The notes beneath the pieces were generated by a model. The model saw only the letters and a program-made list of their open reading frames with translations. It ran no database searches and had not been told where the DNA came from. Shown piece after piece: positions 9,528 through 17,453 of a DNA stretch of 64,000 bases. How positions within the stretch are numbered: the stretch's first letter is position 1; each line of letters starts with the position of its first letter. Position numbers and translations under genes: made by a program. Origin of the DNA: Gaiellaceae bacterium (GTDB lineage Bacteria; Actinomycetota; Thermoleophilia; Gaiellales; Gaiellaceae); NCBI GenBank assembly GCA_035550275.1, contig DASZPQ010000023.1:13603-77602 (forward strand). The letters are read 5' to 3'.

Positions 9528-10978
9528 CGCGGGCGACCGTTCGGCTGGCCCGCCGGGCTCAGCGTCGATCGCTGGAGCACGACCGTGACGACTGCCCCCT
9601 CGGCCGGGCGGCTGTGGATCGAGAGGGTGGCGTGCTGGTGCTCGAGGAGGCGCTTCGCGATCGTGAGGCCGAGCCCGGCGCCGCTGTCGATGCTGCCGGC
9701 TGCCGGGGCTCCCCGGATGCCGGGCTCGAAGATGTGCGGAAGGAGATCAGGGTCGATTCCCGGCCCGCGGTCCTGGACGGTGAGCTGGACCGTCGACCCC
9801 TCGGCGACCCAGCTGAGCTGGACAGGGGCGCCCGTAGGGCTGTAGCGAAGCGCGTTGTCGAGGATGTTGGTGAGCGCGCGCTTGATGCGGTCGCGATCGA
9901 CGACGATTGCGAGCCCCTGATCGCCTTCGAGGTCGAAGGTGTTGGCCCCGACGCGGCTTGTGTGCTCGAGACCGGCTGTGACCTCCCGGAGGAGATCGGC
10001 GACGGCGACGGCTTCGAGCGTGGGCGCGGGCTGTGTGTAGTCGTCCCGGGTGTAGGCGAAGAGGTTGCCGATCAGCCGTTCGAGCGCGTCTGCTCTCGCT
10101 TCGGCCCGCTCGAGATGGACGGCCGGGTCGCCCAGCCCGGCACCGATCGCCTGCAAGTGCCCGCGTAAGGCGAAGAGCGGCGTCCGCAGGTCGTGGGCGA
10201 TGCTCGTGACGAGGAACCGTCTCGCCTCGTCAGCTTCGGCGCGCCGCTGCGCCGTCTCGCCGAGCGCGTCTGTCATGCCCTCGACGGCCTGGGCGATATT
10301 CGCGATCTCGCCGATCCGGCTGCGTGGGACAGTGATCGTCAAGTCGCCGCCGGCGACCTTGTCGACCTGGGCGCTCAGCCTGGCGAGCGGCGCGACCATC
10401 CAGCGTCCGGCGAGCCAGACCGCGACGGCCAAGCCGGCAAGGAGCACAAGCACGCCGGTGACGAGCGCGACGAGCGCTCGGGTCGAGCGTGAGGGCGGCC
10501 GGTAGTAGAGGTCGGTGACGAGCGTGGCCTGCGATTTCGACGTTCCGGCTGCAATCAGCCGTTGGGAATCGCTCCAGGACGCAGTCGTCTCGGCCGGCGC
10601 GTTCGCAGGGGTCGTGTCCGGCTGCGCGGCCTTTGCCTTGCGGGCCTGTTCCTTCTCGAGGGGCTGGCCGACGTTCAGTGCCGGGCTCAGATAGATCTGG
10701 TTCTTCCCGGGCGGCGTGGTCGTGACCAGGACCAGCTGCGCGAGCATGTCGAGCCGGTTGAGCAAGCGTGTGAACCCCTGGGCCGAGGCCGGCTCCTGCA
10801 GGTCGGTGCGATGGGAGGTGACGTAGGCAAGCGCAGTATTCAGCCGGTGCCGGGTACCCGCCTGCTGGTGGTTGCGTTCGATCAGCCAGGCCGCGCCGCC
10901 CGCCAGTGTCGGTAGCACCAGCAAGAGGAGGACGGTGCCGAGGATGAAGGTGCGGATGCGGATCGGCGGCTGTCTCAT
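9524..10978 (-). CDS. Sensor histidine kinase (module A; TM, about 150-aa extracytoplasmic loop, TM, HAMP, HisKA, HATPase)
   Basis: H-box SIAHDLRTPL, N/G boxes (NALRYSP, DRGPGI, GAGLGLTIAK). The start overlaps the RR stop (ATGA). Confidence 0.9.
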   Translation of the reverse strand: MRQPPIRIRTFILGTVLLLLVLPTLAGGAAWLIERNHQQAGTRHRLNTALAYVTSHRTDLQEPASAQGFTRLLNRLDMLAQLVLVTTTPPGKNQIYLSPALNVGQPLEKEQARKAKAAQPDTTPANAPAETTASWSDSQRLIAAGTSKSQATLVTDLYYRPPSRSTRALVALVTGVLVLLAGLAVAVWLAGRWMVAPLARLSAQVDKVAGGDLTITVPRSRIGEIANIAQAVEGMTDALGETAQRRAEADEARRFLVTSIAHDLRTPLFALRGHLQAIGAGLGDPAVHLERAEARADALERLIGNLFAYTRDDYTQPAPTLEAVAVADLLREVTAGLEHTSRVGANTFDLEGDQGLAIVVDRDRIKRALTNILDNALRYSPTGAPVQLSWVAEGSTVQLTVQDRGPGIDPDLLPHIFEPGIRGAPAAGSIDSGAGLGLTIAKRLLEHQHATLSIHSRPAEGAVVTVVLQRSTLSPAGQPNGRPR

Positions 10979-11673
10979 CGGTTGCCCGGATCGAGGCGGT
11001 AGCCGGCGCCCCAGACCGTGATGATGTAGCGCGGCGTCGACGGGTCGGGCTCGATCTTCTGCCGCAGGCGGCCGATGTACACCGCCACCGCACTCCGGTC
11101 GCCGAACGAGCCCCAGACCAGCTCGAATAGCTGGTCGCGGCTGAGCACCTGCCGCGGATGCTCGACCAGCGCGCGCAGCAGCGCGAACTCGCGGGCCGAG
11201 AGGTCAACTTGGCGTCCGTCGCTGCTCACCTCGTGCGCGGCCAGGTCGACCTCGAGCTCCCCGAAGCGAAGCCTCTGGAGCCCGCCGGTCGCGGAGGCGC
11301 GGCGTAGGACCGCCTTGACGCGGGCGACCACCTCTGCCGGGGTCGCCGACTTGACGATGTAGTCGTCGCCGCCGAGCCCGAGCCCGCGGATCTTGTCCGC
11401 GTCGCTGTCGCGGGCGCTCAGGAAGAGCACCGGCACGCTCGAGTCGCGGCGCAGCCGGCGGCAGATCTCGAAGCCCGACTCGTCGGGAAGCATCACGTCC
11501 AGCAGCACGAGATCGGGCCGCGCCCGCTCAAAGTGCTCCGTCGTCGCGCGCCCGGTGGCCGCATGACTCACCCGGTAGCCCTCCGCCTCCAGGAAATCGC
11601 GCATCAGCTCCGCGATCTGCTCGTCGTCCTCGACGACCAGGATCGACGTTCCCGTGCTCTCATCGCCGTTCAC
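10975..11673 (-). CDS. OmpR/PhoB-family response regulator (module A)
   Basis: REC domain ILVVEDD...LVLLDVMLPDESG...KS, plus a winged-helix C-terminus LSAREFALLRALVEHPRQVLSRDQL...TVWGAGYRL. Confidence 0.9.
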   Translation of the reverse strand: MNGDESTGTSILVVEDDEQIAELMRDFLEAEGYRVSHAATGRATTEHFERARPDLVLLDVMLPDESGFEICRRLRRDSSVPVLFLSARDSDADKIRGLGLGGDDYIVKSATPAEVVARVKAVLRRASATGGLQRLRFGELEVDLAAHEVSSDGRQVDLSAREFALLRALVEHPRQVLSRDQLFELVWGSFGDRSAVAVYIGRLRQKIEPDPSTPRYIITVWGAGYRLDPGNR

Positions 11674-11722
11674 ACGAGTCAGTGTCGCCCAATTCGGCCC
11701 GCCCAGGGCCGCCCGAAGCCGC

Positions 11723-11761
11723 TTTCATCGACTTTTCATGGTCGGCTCGCCTGCCTGTTAT
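11723..11761 (+). promoter_or_regulatory. Phased direct repeat TTTCAT-N5-TTTCAT (11-bp spacing) plus -10-like TGTTAT 16 nt downstream; candidate OmpR-type RR site and promoter of lipoprotein gene P1
   Basis: TTTCAT at 11723 and 11734; TGTTAT at 11756. A near-identical block lies upstream of P3 (12928..12966). Located in the divergent region between the RR gene and P1. Confidence 0.4.
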
Positions 11762-11784
11762 CGGGCCGGGCGATCATCGGCGGC

Positions 11785-12357
11785 ATGAGGCCCGTCCTCC
11801 TCGCTTTTGGATCCCCCGCGCTGGCCGGTCTGTCGCTGCTCGTGTCCGCATGCGGCAGCTCATCCGGGGCTTCGGTGGCGCAAGGTAGTTCGACCACGAT
11901 TGCGACGAAGACGAGCGGCACCACCAGCACCGGCGTGACCGGGTCGGCGCAGCAGCAGGCGGTGGCCTCGGCGCTGGCCTATTCGCGCTGCATGCGTTCG
12001 CACGGCGTGCCGGCGTTTCCCGACCCCGACTCGCAGGGGCAGTATCCGCCGTTCCACTCCGATTCTGCTGCGTCCAAGCAGGAGTCGGTGTCGGCTCAGG
12101 AGACCTGCAAGTCCTTGCTCTCGAAGGGCGGGAGCGCAGGGAGGCCGCAGGATCGTCAGCAGAAGCTCGCCTTCGCCTTGCAGGTCGCCGGCTGCCTACG
12201 CGCTCACGGATACCCCACCTTCCCCGACCCGACGGCCTCGAGCGAGGGAACGAGCCAGAATCTCGGCGGCGCCGGCATCGACTCGAGCTCGCCCCAGTTT
12301 CAGGCGGCGGAGCTCGCGTGTGAGAGCCAGGCGCAGAAGACGCTCGGTCTGCGATGA
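11785..12357 (+). CDS. CxR-PDP repeat lipoprotein P1 (uncharacterised family)
   Basis: Signal peptide plus lipobox LLVSAC and an S/T-rich linker. Two half-domains: YSRCMRSHGVPAFPDPD...C and VAGCLRAHGYPTFPDPT...SPQFQAAELAC. The long N-terminal extension of ORF 11533 is rejected. Confidence 0.8.
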   Translation: MRPVLLAFGSPALAGLSLLVSACGSSSGASVAQGSSTTIATKTSGTTSTGVTGSAQQQAVASALAYSRCMRSHGVPAFPDPDSQGQYPPFHSDSAASKQESVSAQETCKSLLSKGGSAGRPQDRQQKLAFALQVAGCLRAHGYPTFPDPTASSEGTSQNLGGAGIDSSSPQFQAAELACESQAQKTLGLR

Positions 12358-12884
12358 GACCGGCGTCCGCCGCCGTGCGCGCCCTCGTCGGCGCCGCCAC
12401 CCTTGTCCTCGCGGCCGCCGCATGCGGCGGCCATCCTTCGGACGGTCACGTGGCGCAGCTCGCCTCGACCACAACGAGCACTTCCACCCGCGCAGGAGCG
12501 CTGCCGGGGGTGGATGGAGCGATCGCCTTCTCCCGCTGTATGCGCTCCCACGGGGTTCCGGCGTATCCCGACCCGGGAAGCGATGGAACCCTTCCCAAGA
12601 AGACCCCGCAGCAACTCGGGGTCGGAAGCTCGGAGTTCCAGCACGCCCAGGGAGCCTGTATCCACCTGGTTCCGAACGGCGGCCGGCCCACGCAGATCCA
12701 GGTGCAGCAGTACCGGAGCACCATGTTGATCTACGCACACTGCATCCGCTCGCACGGAGTCGCGAACTTCCCCGACCCGGACAGCCGGGGGCACCTCGAC
12801 ATCGGGCCGGGTACCGCGGTCGATCTGAACAGCCCTCAGTTCCAAGCGGCATACCAGGCCTGCAAGTCCAGGTTGTCTCCGTGA
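12354..12884 (+). CDS. CxR-PDP repeat lipoprotein P2
   Basis: Lipobox LAAAAC. Motifs FSRCMRSHGVPAYPDPG and YAHCIRSHGVANFPDPD. ATGA overlap with the P1 stop. Confidence 0.8.
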   Translation: MRPASAAVRALVGAATLVLAAAACGGHPSDGHVAQLASTTTSTSTRAGALPGVDGAIAFSRCMRSHGVPAYPDPGSDGTLPKKTPQQLGVGSSEFQHAQGACIHLVPNGGRPTQIQVQQYRSTMLIYAHCIRSHGVANFPDPDSRGHLDIGPGTAVDLNSPQFQAAYQACKSRLSP

Positions 12885-12927
12885 GGGCCGAATCACAGCG
12901 GCAGCCCCCGCCGGCGTGTCCCATGGC

Positions 12928-12966
12928 TTTCATCGACTTTTCATCGCCAGCTCCTGCCGGTGTTAT
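12928..12966 (+). promoter_or_regulatory. Second copy of TTTCAT-N5-TTTCAT plus TGTTAT block, upstream of P3
   Basis: GCTTTCATCGACTTTTCAT is identical over 19 nt to 11721..11739. TGTTAT at 12961 shows the same 16-nt spacing. Confidence 0.4.
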
Positions 12967-12988
12967 CCGATCCGGCGATCATCGAAGC

Positions 12989-13561
12989 GTGAACCTCTTC
13001 CGAGACCACTGGCGTCACGCGCTCCTCGCTTCTGCGCTGGCCGGGCTCGTCGGCCTGTCGCTGCTCGTATCTGGATGCGGCGGTTCGACCGCCGGCGGCG
13101 TGGCGCAACTCGGCTCGGCCACGACCGCGGCAAAGACCAATTCCGCGAACGCACCGACGACGAGCTCGCAGGCGACGAACGTCCAGAAGATGCTCGCGTT
13201 CTCCCGCTGCGTGCGACAGCACGGCGTGCCGAACTTCCCCGATCCGGACAGCCAGGGGCAGCTCCCCGCGCTGACCCAGCAGGATCTCGGGGTGACGAAG
13301 CAGACCTCGCTGGCGGCTCAGCAAGCCTGTGAGAGCACGCTCGCGCGCGGTGGCAGCACAGCGACGCCCCAGCAGCGGCAGGAGAAGCTTGCGTTCGGCT
13401 TGAAGGTCGCTCAGTGCCTGCGCGCGCACGGCTACCCAATGTTCCCCGACCCGACCGGCTCGAGCCAGGCGCTGCCTCCGGGAATCGATCCGAGCTCACC
13501 GCAGTTCGAGGCGGCGCAGACGACCTGCGAGAAGCAAGAGCAGCCGGCCAGCCTTCGATGA
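12989..13561 (+). CDS. CxR-PDP repeat lipoprotein P3
   Basis: GTG start at 12989, in frame within ORF 12320..13561. Lipobox LLVSGC. Motifs FSRCVRQHGVPNFPDPD and VAQCLRAHGYPMFPDPT. Closest paralog of P1. Confidence 0.75.
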   Translation: MNLFRDHWRHALLASALAGLVGLSLLVSGCGGSTAGGVAQLGSATTAAKTNSANAPTTSSQATNVQKMLAFSRCVRQHGVPNFPDPDSQGQLPALTQQDLGVTKQTSLAAQQACESTLARGGSTATPQQRQEKLAFGLKVAQCLRAHGYPMFPDPTGSSQALPPGIDPSSPQFEAAQTTCEKQEQPASLR

Positions 13562-14112
13562 GCGCTCCGACCGTTACCAGAGCCCAGGCCGGGGCCGCGA
13601 GCCTTGCCGCAGCCGGGCTGGTCCTGCTCGTCACCGCGTGCGGCGGCTCCTCCTCGAAGCCCCCGGCAGCGTCGGCGCCACAGAACCCTGCGGTCGCGTT
13701 CGCCACCTGCATGCGCTCCCACGAGGTGCCGAACTGGCCGGATCCGAACAGCAGCGGCGTGTTCGACAAGTCCAAGCTCACGCCCGAGCAATTGGGGGCC
13801 AGCGCCTCACGAGTCCAGGCGGCCCAGGCTGTCTGCCAGCACCTGCTCCCGACTCGCAGCGCGCCGAGCGCCGCCCAGGTGCAACAGGTCAGAGCGCAGG
13901 CGCTGAGCTACTCCCAGTGCGTGCGCAGCCACGGAGTCCCGAACTTCCCCGATCCCGCCAGCGACGGCCGTATTCCCGACCCCGCCAGCGTGGGAATCAA
14001 CCAAGGCTCGCCGAAGTTCGAGGCCGCAAACCAGGCTTGCGGGACCTACCGGCCGCCTTACATGCCCTCGAACGCCGCGTACAACGCGTATGCCAGGGCC
14101 CACGGCGGCTGA
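13558..14112 (+). CDS. CxR-PDP repeat lipoprotein P4
   Basis: Lipobox LLVTAC. Motifs FATCMRSHEVPNWPDPN and YSQCVRSHGVPNFPDPA. ATGA overlap with the P3 stop. Confidence 0.8.
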   Translation: MSAPTVTRAQAGAASLAAAGLVLLVTACGGSSSKPPAASAPQNPAVAFATCMRSHEVPNWPDPNSSGVFDKSKLTPEQLGASASRVQAAQAVCQHLLPTRSAPSAAQVQQVRAQALSYSQCVRSHGVPNFPDPASDGRIPDPASVGINQGSPKFEAANQACGTYRPPYMPSNAAYNAYARAHGG

Positions 14113-14118
14113 TGCAAC

Positions 14119-14134
14119 TTTAGGTTCGTTTCAG
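14119..14134 (+). promoter_or_regulatory. Possible half-site pair TTTAGG-N4-TTTCAG upstream of the module B response regulator (candidate autoregulation site)
   Basis: Related to the TTTAGA/TTTCAT half-sites seen at 16158-16199. A CACAAT -10-like hexamer lies at 14145, just before ATG 14157. The spacing is 10 rather than 11 bp, so support is weak. Confidence 0.25.
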
Positions 14135-14156
14135 AGACGTCGCGCACAATCCTCTG

Positions 14157-14825
14157 ATGGCGATTCTCGTAGTCGATGACGACCGGAGGCTGCGGAACGC
14201 GCTTCGGCGTGTCCTTGTCTCGAACGGGTTCGAGGTCGAGATCGCGGGCGACGGCGACGAAGCTCTCGCGCGCTTGCGCGCAGGAGGATTTGACGCGATG
14301 GTCCTTGACGTGATGATGCCCGGGAGCGACGGAGTCGAGGTCTGCGAGCAGCTGCGCGCGGCGGGGAACCAGCTGCCGGTGCTGATGTTGACCGCGCGCG
14401 ATGCAGTTCGTGACCGGGTCGCGGGTCTCGAGGCCGGCGCCGACGACTACCTCGTGAAGCCCTTTGCGAACGAGGAGCTCGTGGCACGGGTACGCGCGCT
14501 GTTGCGCCGGTCCGGTGGCGGCACCGAGCTGATGGTCTTCGCCGATCTCGAGCTCGACCTCCTGACCCGCGATGCGCGCCGAGGTGAGCGGGAGGTCGAG
14601 CTTTCCCCGATTGAATTCGAGCTGCTCGAGTTCTTCCTGCGCCACCCTCGTCAGGTGCTCTCGCGTGGGCTGATCTACGAGCGGGTGTGGGGTCATGACG
14701 CGTCGCTGTCGTCGAACTCGCTCGACGTGTTTGTCGGCCATCTGCGGCGCAAGCTGGAAGCCGACGGTGAGCGGAGGTTGATCCACACCGTGCGCGGTGT
14801 CGGCTTCACGTTGAGGGAACGATGA
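14157..14825 (+). CDS. OmpR/PhoB-family response regulator (module B)
   Basis: REC domain ILVVDDD...MVLDVMMPGSDG...KP, plus a winged-helix C-terminus SPIEFELLEFFLRHPRQVLSR...TVRGVGFTL. Confidence 0.9.
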   Translation: MAILVVDDDRRLRNALRRVLVSNGFEVEIAGDGDEALARLRAGGFDAMVLDVMMPGSDGVEVCEQLRAAGNQLPVLMLTARDAVRDRVAGLEAGADDYLVKPFANEELVARVRALLRRSGGGTELMVFADLELDLLTRDARRGEREVELSPIEFELLEFFLRHPRQVLSRGLIYERVWGHDASLSSNSLDVFVGHLRRKLEADGERRLIHTVRGVGFTLRER

Positions 14826-16174
14826 GCTTTCGGCTCCGCTTGACGGTGCTCGCCTCGCTGGCGGTCGCAGTCGCGATCGTCGGCGCATCCTTTGCCGTCT
14901 ACTACACAGACCGGCATGAGCTCATCGCGCAGGTCGACAACGACCTCAGCTCGAGCCTCACCTTGCCGCGACTGAACGCGGTCTTCTCCGATCGGATCGG
15001 CGATGTCACGCGCGTGTCCGGTCGCGCGGAATCGGGACAGTCGAACGTGGGCAAGTTGCTGGCCGGGCCTGTGGCCGCGAACGGATTCCGGGTTGTGTTG
15101 CCGCGCTCCTCGACCGCGGTCCAGGTGCAGATCTTCAAGCCCAAGCCCGGTAGCTCGCCGAAGGCGATCTCGCAGTCGACGTTCAGCACCTCAACCATCG
15201 ACGGCGTGCCGACCCGGACGCTCTCGATCAGCTCGAAAGCCCAGGTCGTGACGATCTCGCGCTCGCTCCTCGACGTCGATCACAACCTGTCGCGCTTGAG
15301 ATGGCTGCTTATCTTCATCTCGCTCGGGGGCATCGGCACGGCGGCGATTCTCGGTGCGCTGGTTTCGGGTCGAGCCGTCGCGCCGCTTCGCCGCCTGACC
15401 GAGACGACGGAGCGAATCGTCGAGACAGGCGATCTCAGCCAGCGAACGGGGCGGCGGGGACGCGACGAGATCAGCCGCCTCTCCACCCGGCTCGACGAGC
15501 TGCTTGCCAGCCTCGAGGCGTCGCTGCGGACTCAGCGGCAGCTCGTCGCCGACGCGTCGCATGAGCTGCGCACCCCGATCGCGACGCTTCGGGCGAACAT
15601 CGGGCTGCTGGCTCACCCTGGAACGCTCGGTCAGAGCGAGCGCTCCGAGCTGATCGAGGACGTTCAGGAGGAGCTCGAGTCGATGACCGCGCTGGTCGGG
15701 GAGCTCGTCGAGCTTGCGCGCGGGGAGGAGCCCGACGTCGTGCCGACGGAATTCAGGCTCGACGAGGTCGTCCAAGGAGCGGTCGACCGCGCCGCGAGAC
15801 GCGCGCCCGATCTCTCGTTCCAAACCAGGCTCGAGCCCTCGCTGATCACCGGCGTGCCCGAACGGGTCGAACGGGCCGTCACAAACCTGCTCGACAACGC
15901 GAGGAAATGGAGCCCGCCCAGCGAGACCGTCGATGTGGCCGTCCATGACGGCGTCGTCGAGGTACGCGACCGAGGGCCGGGAATCGCAGCCGAGGACGCG
16001 CCGCTCGTCTTCAACCGCTTCTACCGGGCGAAGGCTGCCCGCGGCATGCCTGGGGCCGGCCTCGGGCTGTCGATCGTGAAGCAGATCGCCGATGCCCACG
16101 GCGGGAGCGTGAGCATCGACCGGGCCGCTGACGGAGGCGCGATCCTGCGACTCCAGCTTTCATCGACTCCTTAG
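14822..16174 (+). CDS. Sensor histidine kinase (module B; about 130-aa extracytoplasmic loop, HAMP, HisKA, HATPase)
   Basis: H-box DASHELRTPIATLRAN, NLLDNARKWSP, DRGPGI, GAGLGLSIVK. ATGA overlap with the RR gene. Confidence 0.9.
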   Translation: MSFRLRLTVLASLAVAVAIVGASFAVYYTDRHELIAQVDNDLSSSLTLPRLNAVFSDRIGDVTRVSGRAESGQSNVGKLLAGPVAANGFRVVLPRSSTAVQVQIFKPKPGSSPKAISQSTFSTSTIDGVPTRTLSISSKAQVVTISRSLLDVDHNLSRLRWLLIFISLGGIGTAAILGALVSGRAVAPLRRLTETTERIVETGDLSQRTGRRGRDEISRLSTRLDELLASLEASLRTQRQLVADASHELRTPIATLRANIGLLAHPGTLGQSERSELIEDVQEELESMTALVGELVELARGEEPDVVPTEFRLDEVVQGAVDRAARRAPDLSFQTRLEPSLITGVPERVERAVTNLLDNARKWSPPSETVDVAVHDGVVEVRDRGPGIAAEDAPLVFNRFYRAKAARGMPGAGLGLSIVKQIADAHGGSVSIDRAADGGAILRLQLSSTP

Positions 16175-16199
16175 AGGCACTTTAGAGCCGTTTTAGAGC
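16158..16199 (+). promoter_or_regulatory. Four 11-bp-phased half-sites (TTTCAT / CTTAGA / TTTAGA / TTTAGA), candidate OmpR-type RR binding array upstream of P5
   Basis: TTAGAG at 16171, 16182 and 16193. TTTAGAGCCGT is perfectly tandem-duplicated. The array begins inside the last codons of the HK gene. A homologous block lies at 20608..20648. Confidence 0.45.
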
Positions 16200-16213
16200 C
16201 GTCGGCTTTCCTG

Positions 16214-16774
16214 TTGAGAGTGGCCCAAACGCTTGTCCTCGCTGTCCTGGTGATCCTGCTCGCTGCTGCCGCTGCAGGCTGCGGCGGCTCGAAGCCGGCC
16301 CCGGTCGCGAGCCTCGGAACGACGGTGACGACCGGCGCGGGCTCCCCGACAGCGCCGGCGGCGAGCAGAGCTGCGCTCGCCGCATGCTTCGGCTCACACG
16401 GATTCCCGGCCTCGGTCGGTTCAGCGAGCACGTCGAGCCAGACCCTCTCCGTGTTTGGAGTCCAGATCAGCGGAAACGTCGATCCGGGCTCGGCGCAGTT
16501 TCAGGCGGCGCTGCAGGCCTGCCGCAAGTTCATACCCGGCGGCGGGCCGCCTGCGCTGACGCCGGCGCAGGAGGCCGAGGCGGCAAAGGCGATGCTGAGC
16601 TTCGCCGCCTGTATGCGCAAAGACGGCGTGCCGACCTTCCCGGACCCGAACGGCCAGGGACGGTTCCCCCTCGGCAGCATCGGCAAGCTCGATCCGAGCG
16701 CGCCGCTCTTCCAGAGCGCCTTCAAGAGCTGCCAGCCGCTCGAGCCGAAGGTCGGGCCGAGGATCGTGTTCTGA
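16214..16774 (+). CDS. CxR-PDP repeat lipoprotein P5 (first half-domain degenerate)
   Basis: Lipobox AAAGC. The first half is degenerate (LAACFGSHGFPASVG) and the second is canonical (FAACMRKDGVPTFPDPN...SAPLFQSAFKSC). Start is TTG 16214 or GTG 16220. Confidence 0.75.
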   Translation: MRVAQTLVLAVLVILLAAAAAGCGGSKPAPVASLGTTVTTGAGSPTAPAASRAALAACFGSHGFPASVGSASTSSQTLSVFGVQISGNVDPGSAQFQAALQACRKFIPGGGPPALTPAQEAEAAKAMLSFAACMRKDGVPTFPDPNGQGRFPLGSIGKLDPSAPLFQSAFKSCQPLEPKVGPRIVF

Positions 16775-17436
16775 TGCGGATGATCGCCTCCCACCACGTG
16801 CGCGGGGCCGCGCTGGCCGCCGGCGTGGCGGCGCTCGGGCTCGCTGCAGCGGGCTGCGGCGGCGGCGCGAAGACGCCCGCGGTCGCGAACCTCGGCACCA
16901 CGTCGACACCAAGCACCACCACCAGCCCGGCGGCGGGCGGCGCCGTCGGGGACACGGGCGCGCAGGCCAGTAGCAGTGGAGGCGGCGGCACGCTGAGGAT
17001 GGTGGGCGGGAGCGTCCAGGAGCTGACGAAGCTCTCCGCCTGCATGCGCAAGAACGGCGTGCCGAACTTCCCGGACCCGAACGCACAGGGCGAGATCTCG
17101 ATCACCGGCATCGACCCGGGATCGGCGAGCTTCCAGCAGGCTCAGCAGGCTTGCCGGAAGCTGCTGCCGAACGGCGGGACGCCAAGTCCGGCGCAGCAGG
17201 CGCAGGCCCGCGCCCAGGCGCTCGCCTTCTCGGCCTGCATGCGCAAGAACGGTGTGCCGAGCTTCCCCGATCCGCAATTCGGGAGCGGAGGCCGCATCTC
17301 GATCAAGATCGGCCGCGGCCAGGGCATCGACCCGAGCTTGCCGCAGTTCCAAGCCGCCCAGAAGGCGTGTCAGAAGGACATCCCAGGCAAGTTCGGTGCC
17401 CCGGTCGGGGGCGCGGCCAAGTCGAGCGACGGGTAG
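16774..17436 (+). CDS. CxR-PDP repeat lipoprotein P6
   Basis: ATG at 16774 overlaps the P5 stop by 1 nt (TGATG). Lipobox LAAAGC. Motifs LSACMRKNGVPNFPDPN and FSACMRKNGVPSFPDPQ. The upstream part of ORF 16384 is rejected. Confidence 0.8.
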   Translation: MRMIASHHVRGAALAAGVAALGLAAAGCGGGAKTPAVANLGTTSTPSTTTSPAAGGAVGDTGAQASSSGGGGTLRMVGGSVQELTKLSACMRKNGVPNFPDPNAQGEISITGIDPGSASFQQAQQACRKLLPNGGTPSPAQQAQARAQALAFSACMRKNGVPSFPDPQFGSGGRISIKIGRGQGIDPSLPQFQAAQKACQKDIPGKFGAPVGGAAKSSDG

Positions 17437-17453
17437 GAGGAGAGCGCCTGGAG

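Noticed and set aside
11533-12357. Long N-terminal extensions of the lipoprotein ORFs (11533.., 12320..13561, 16384..17436, 13414..)
   Set aside because: The extensions run through the divergent RR gene or the preceding lipoprotein gene and lack protein-like character. Internal starts place a canonical lipobox signal peptide at the N-terminus and create ATGA or TGATG coupling.
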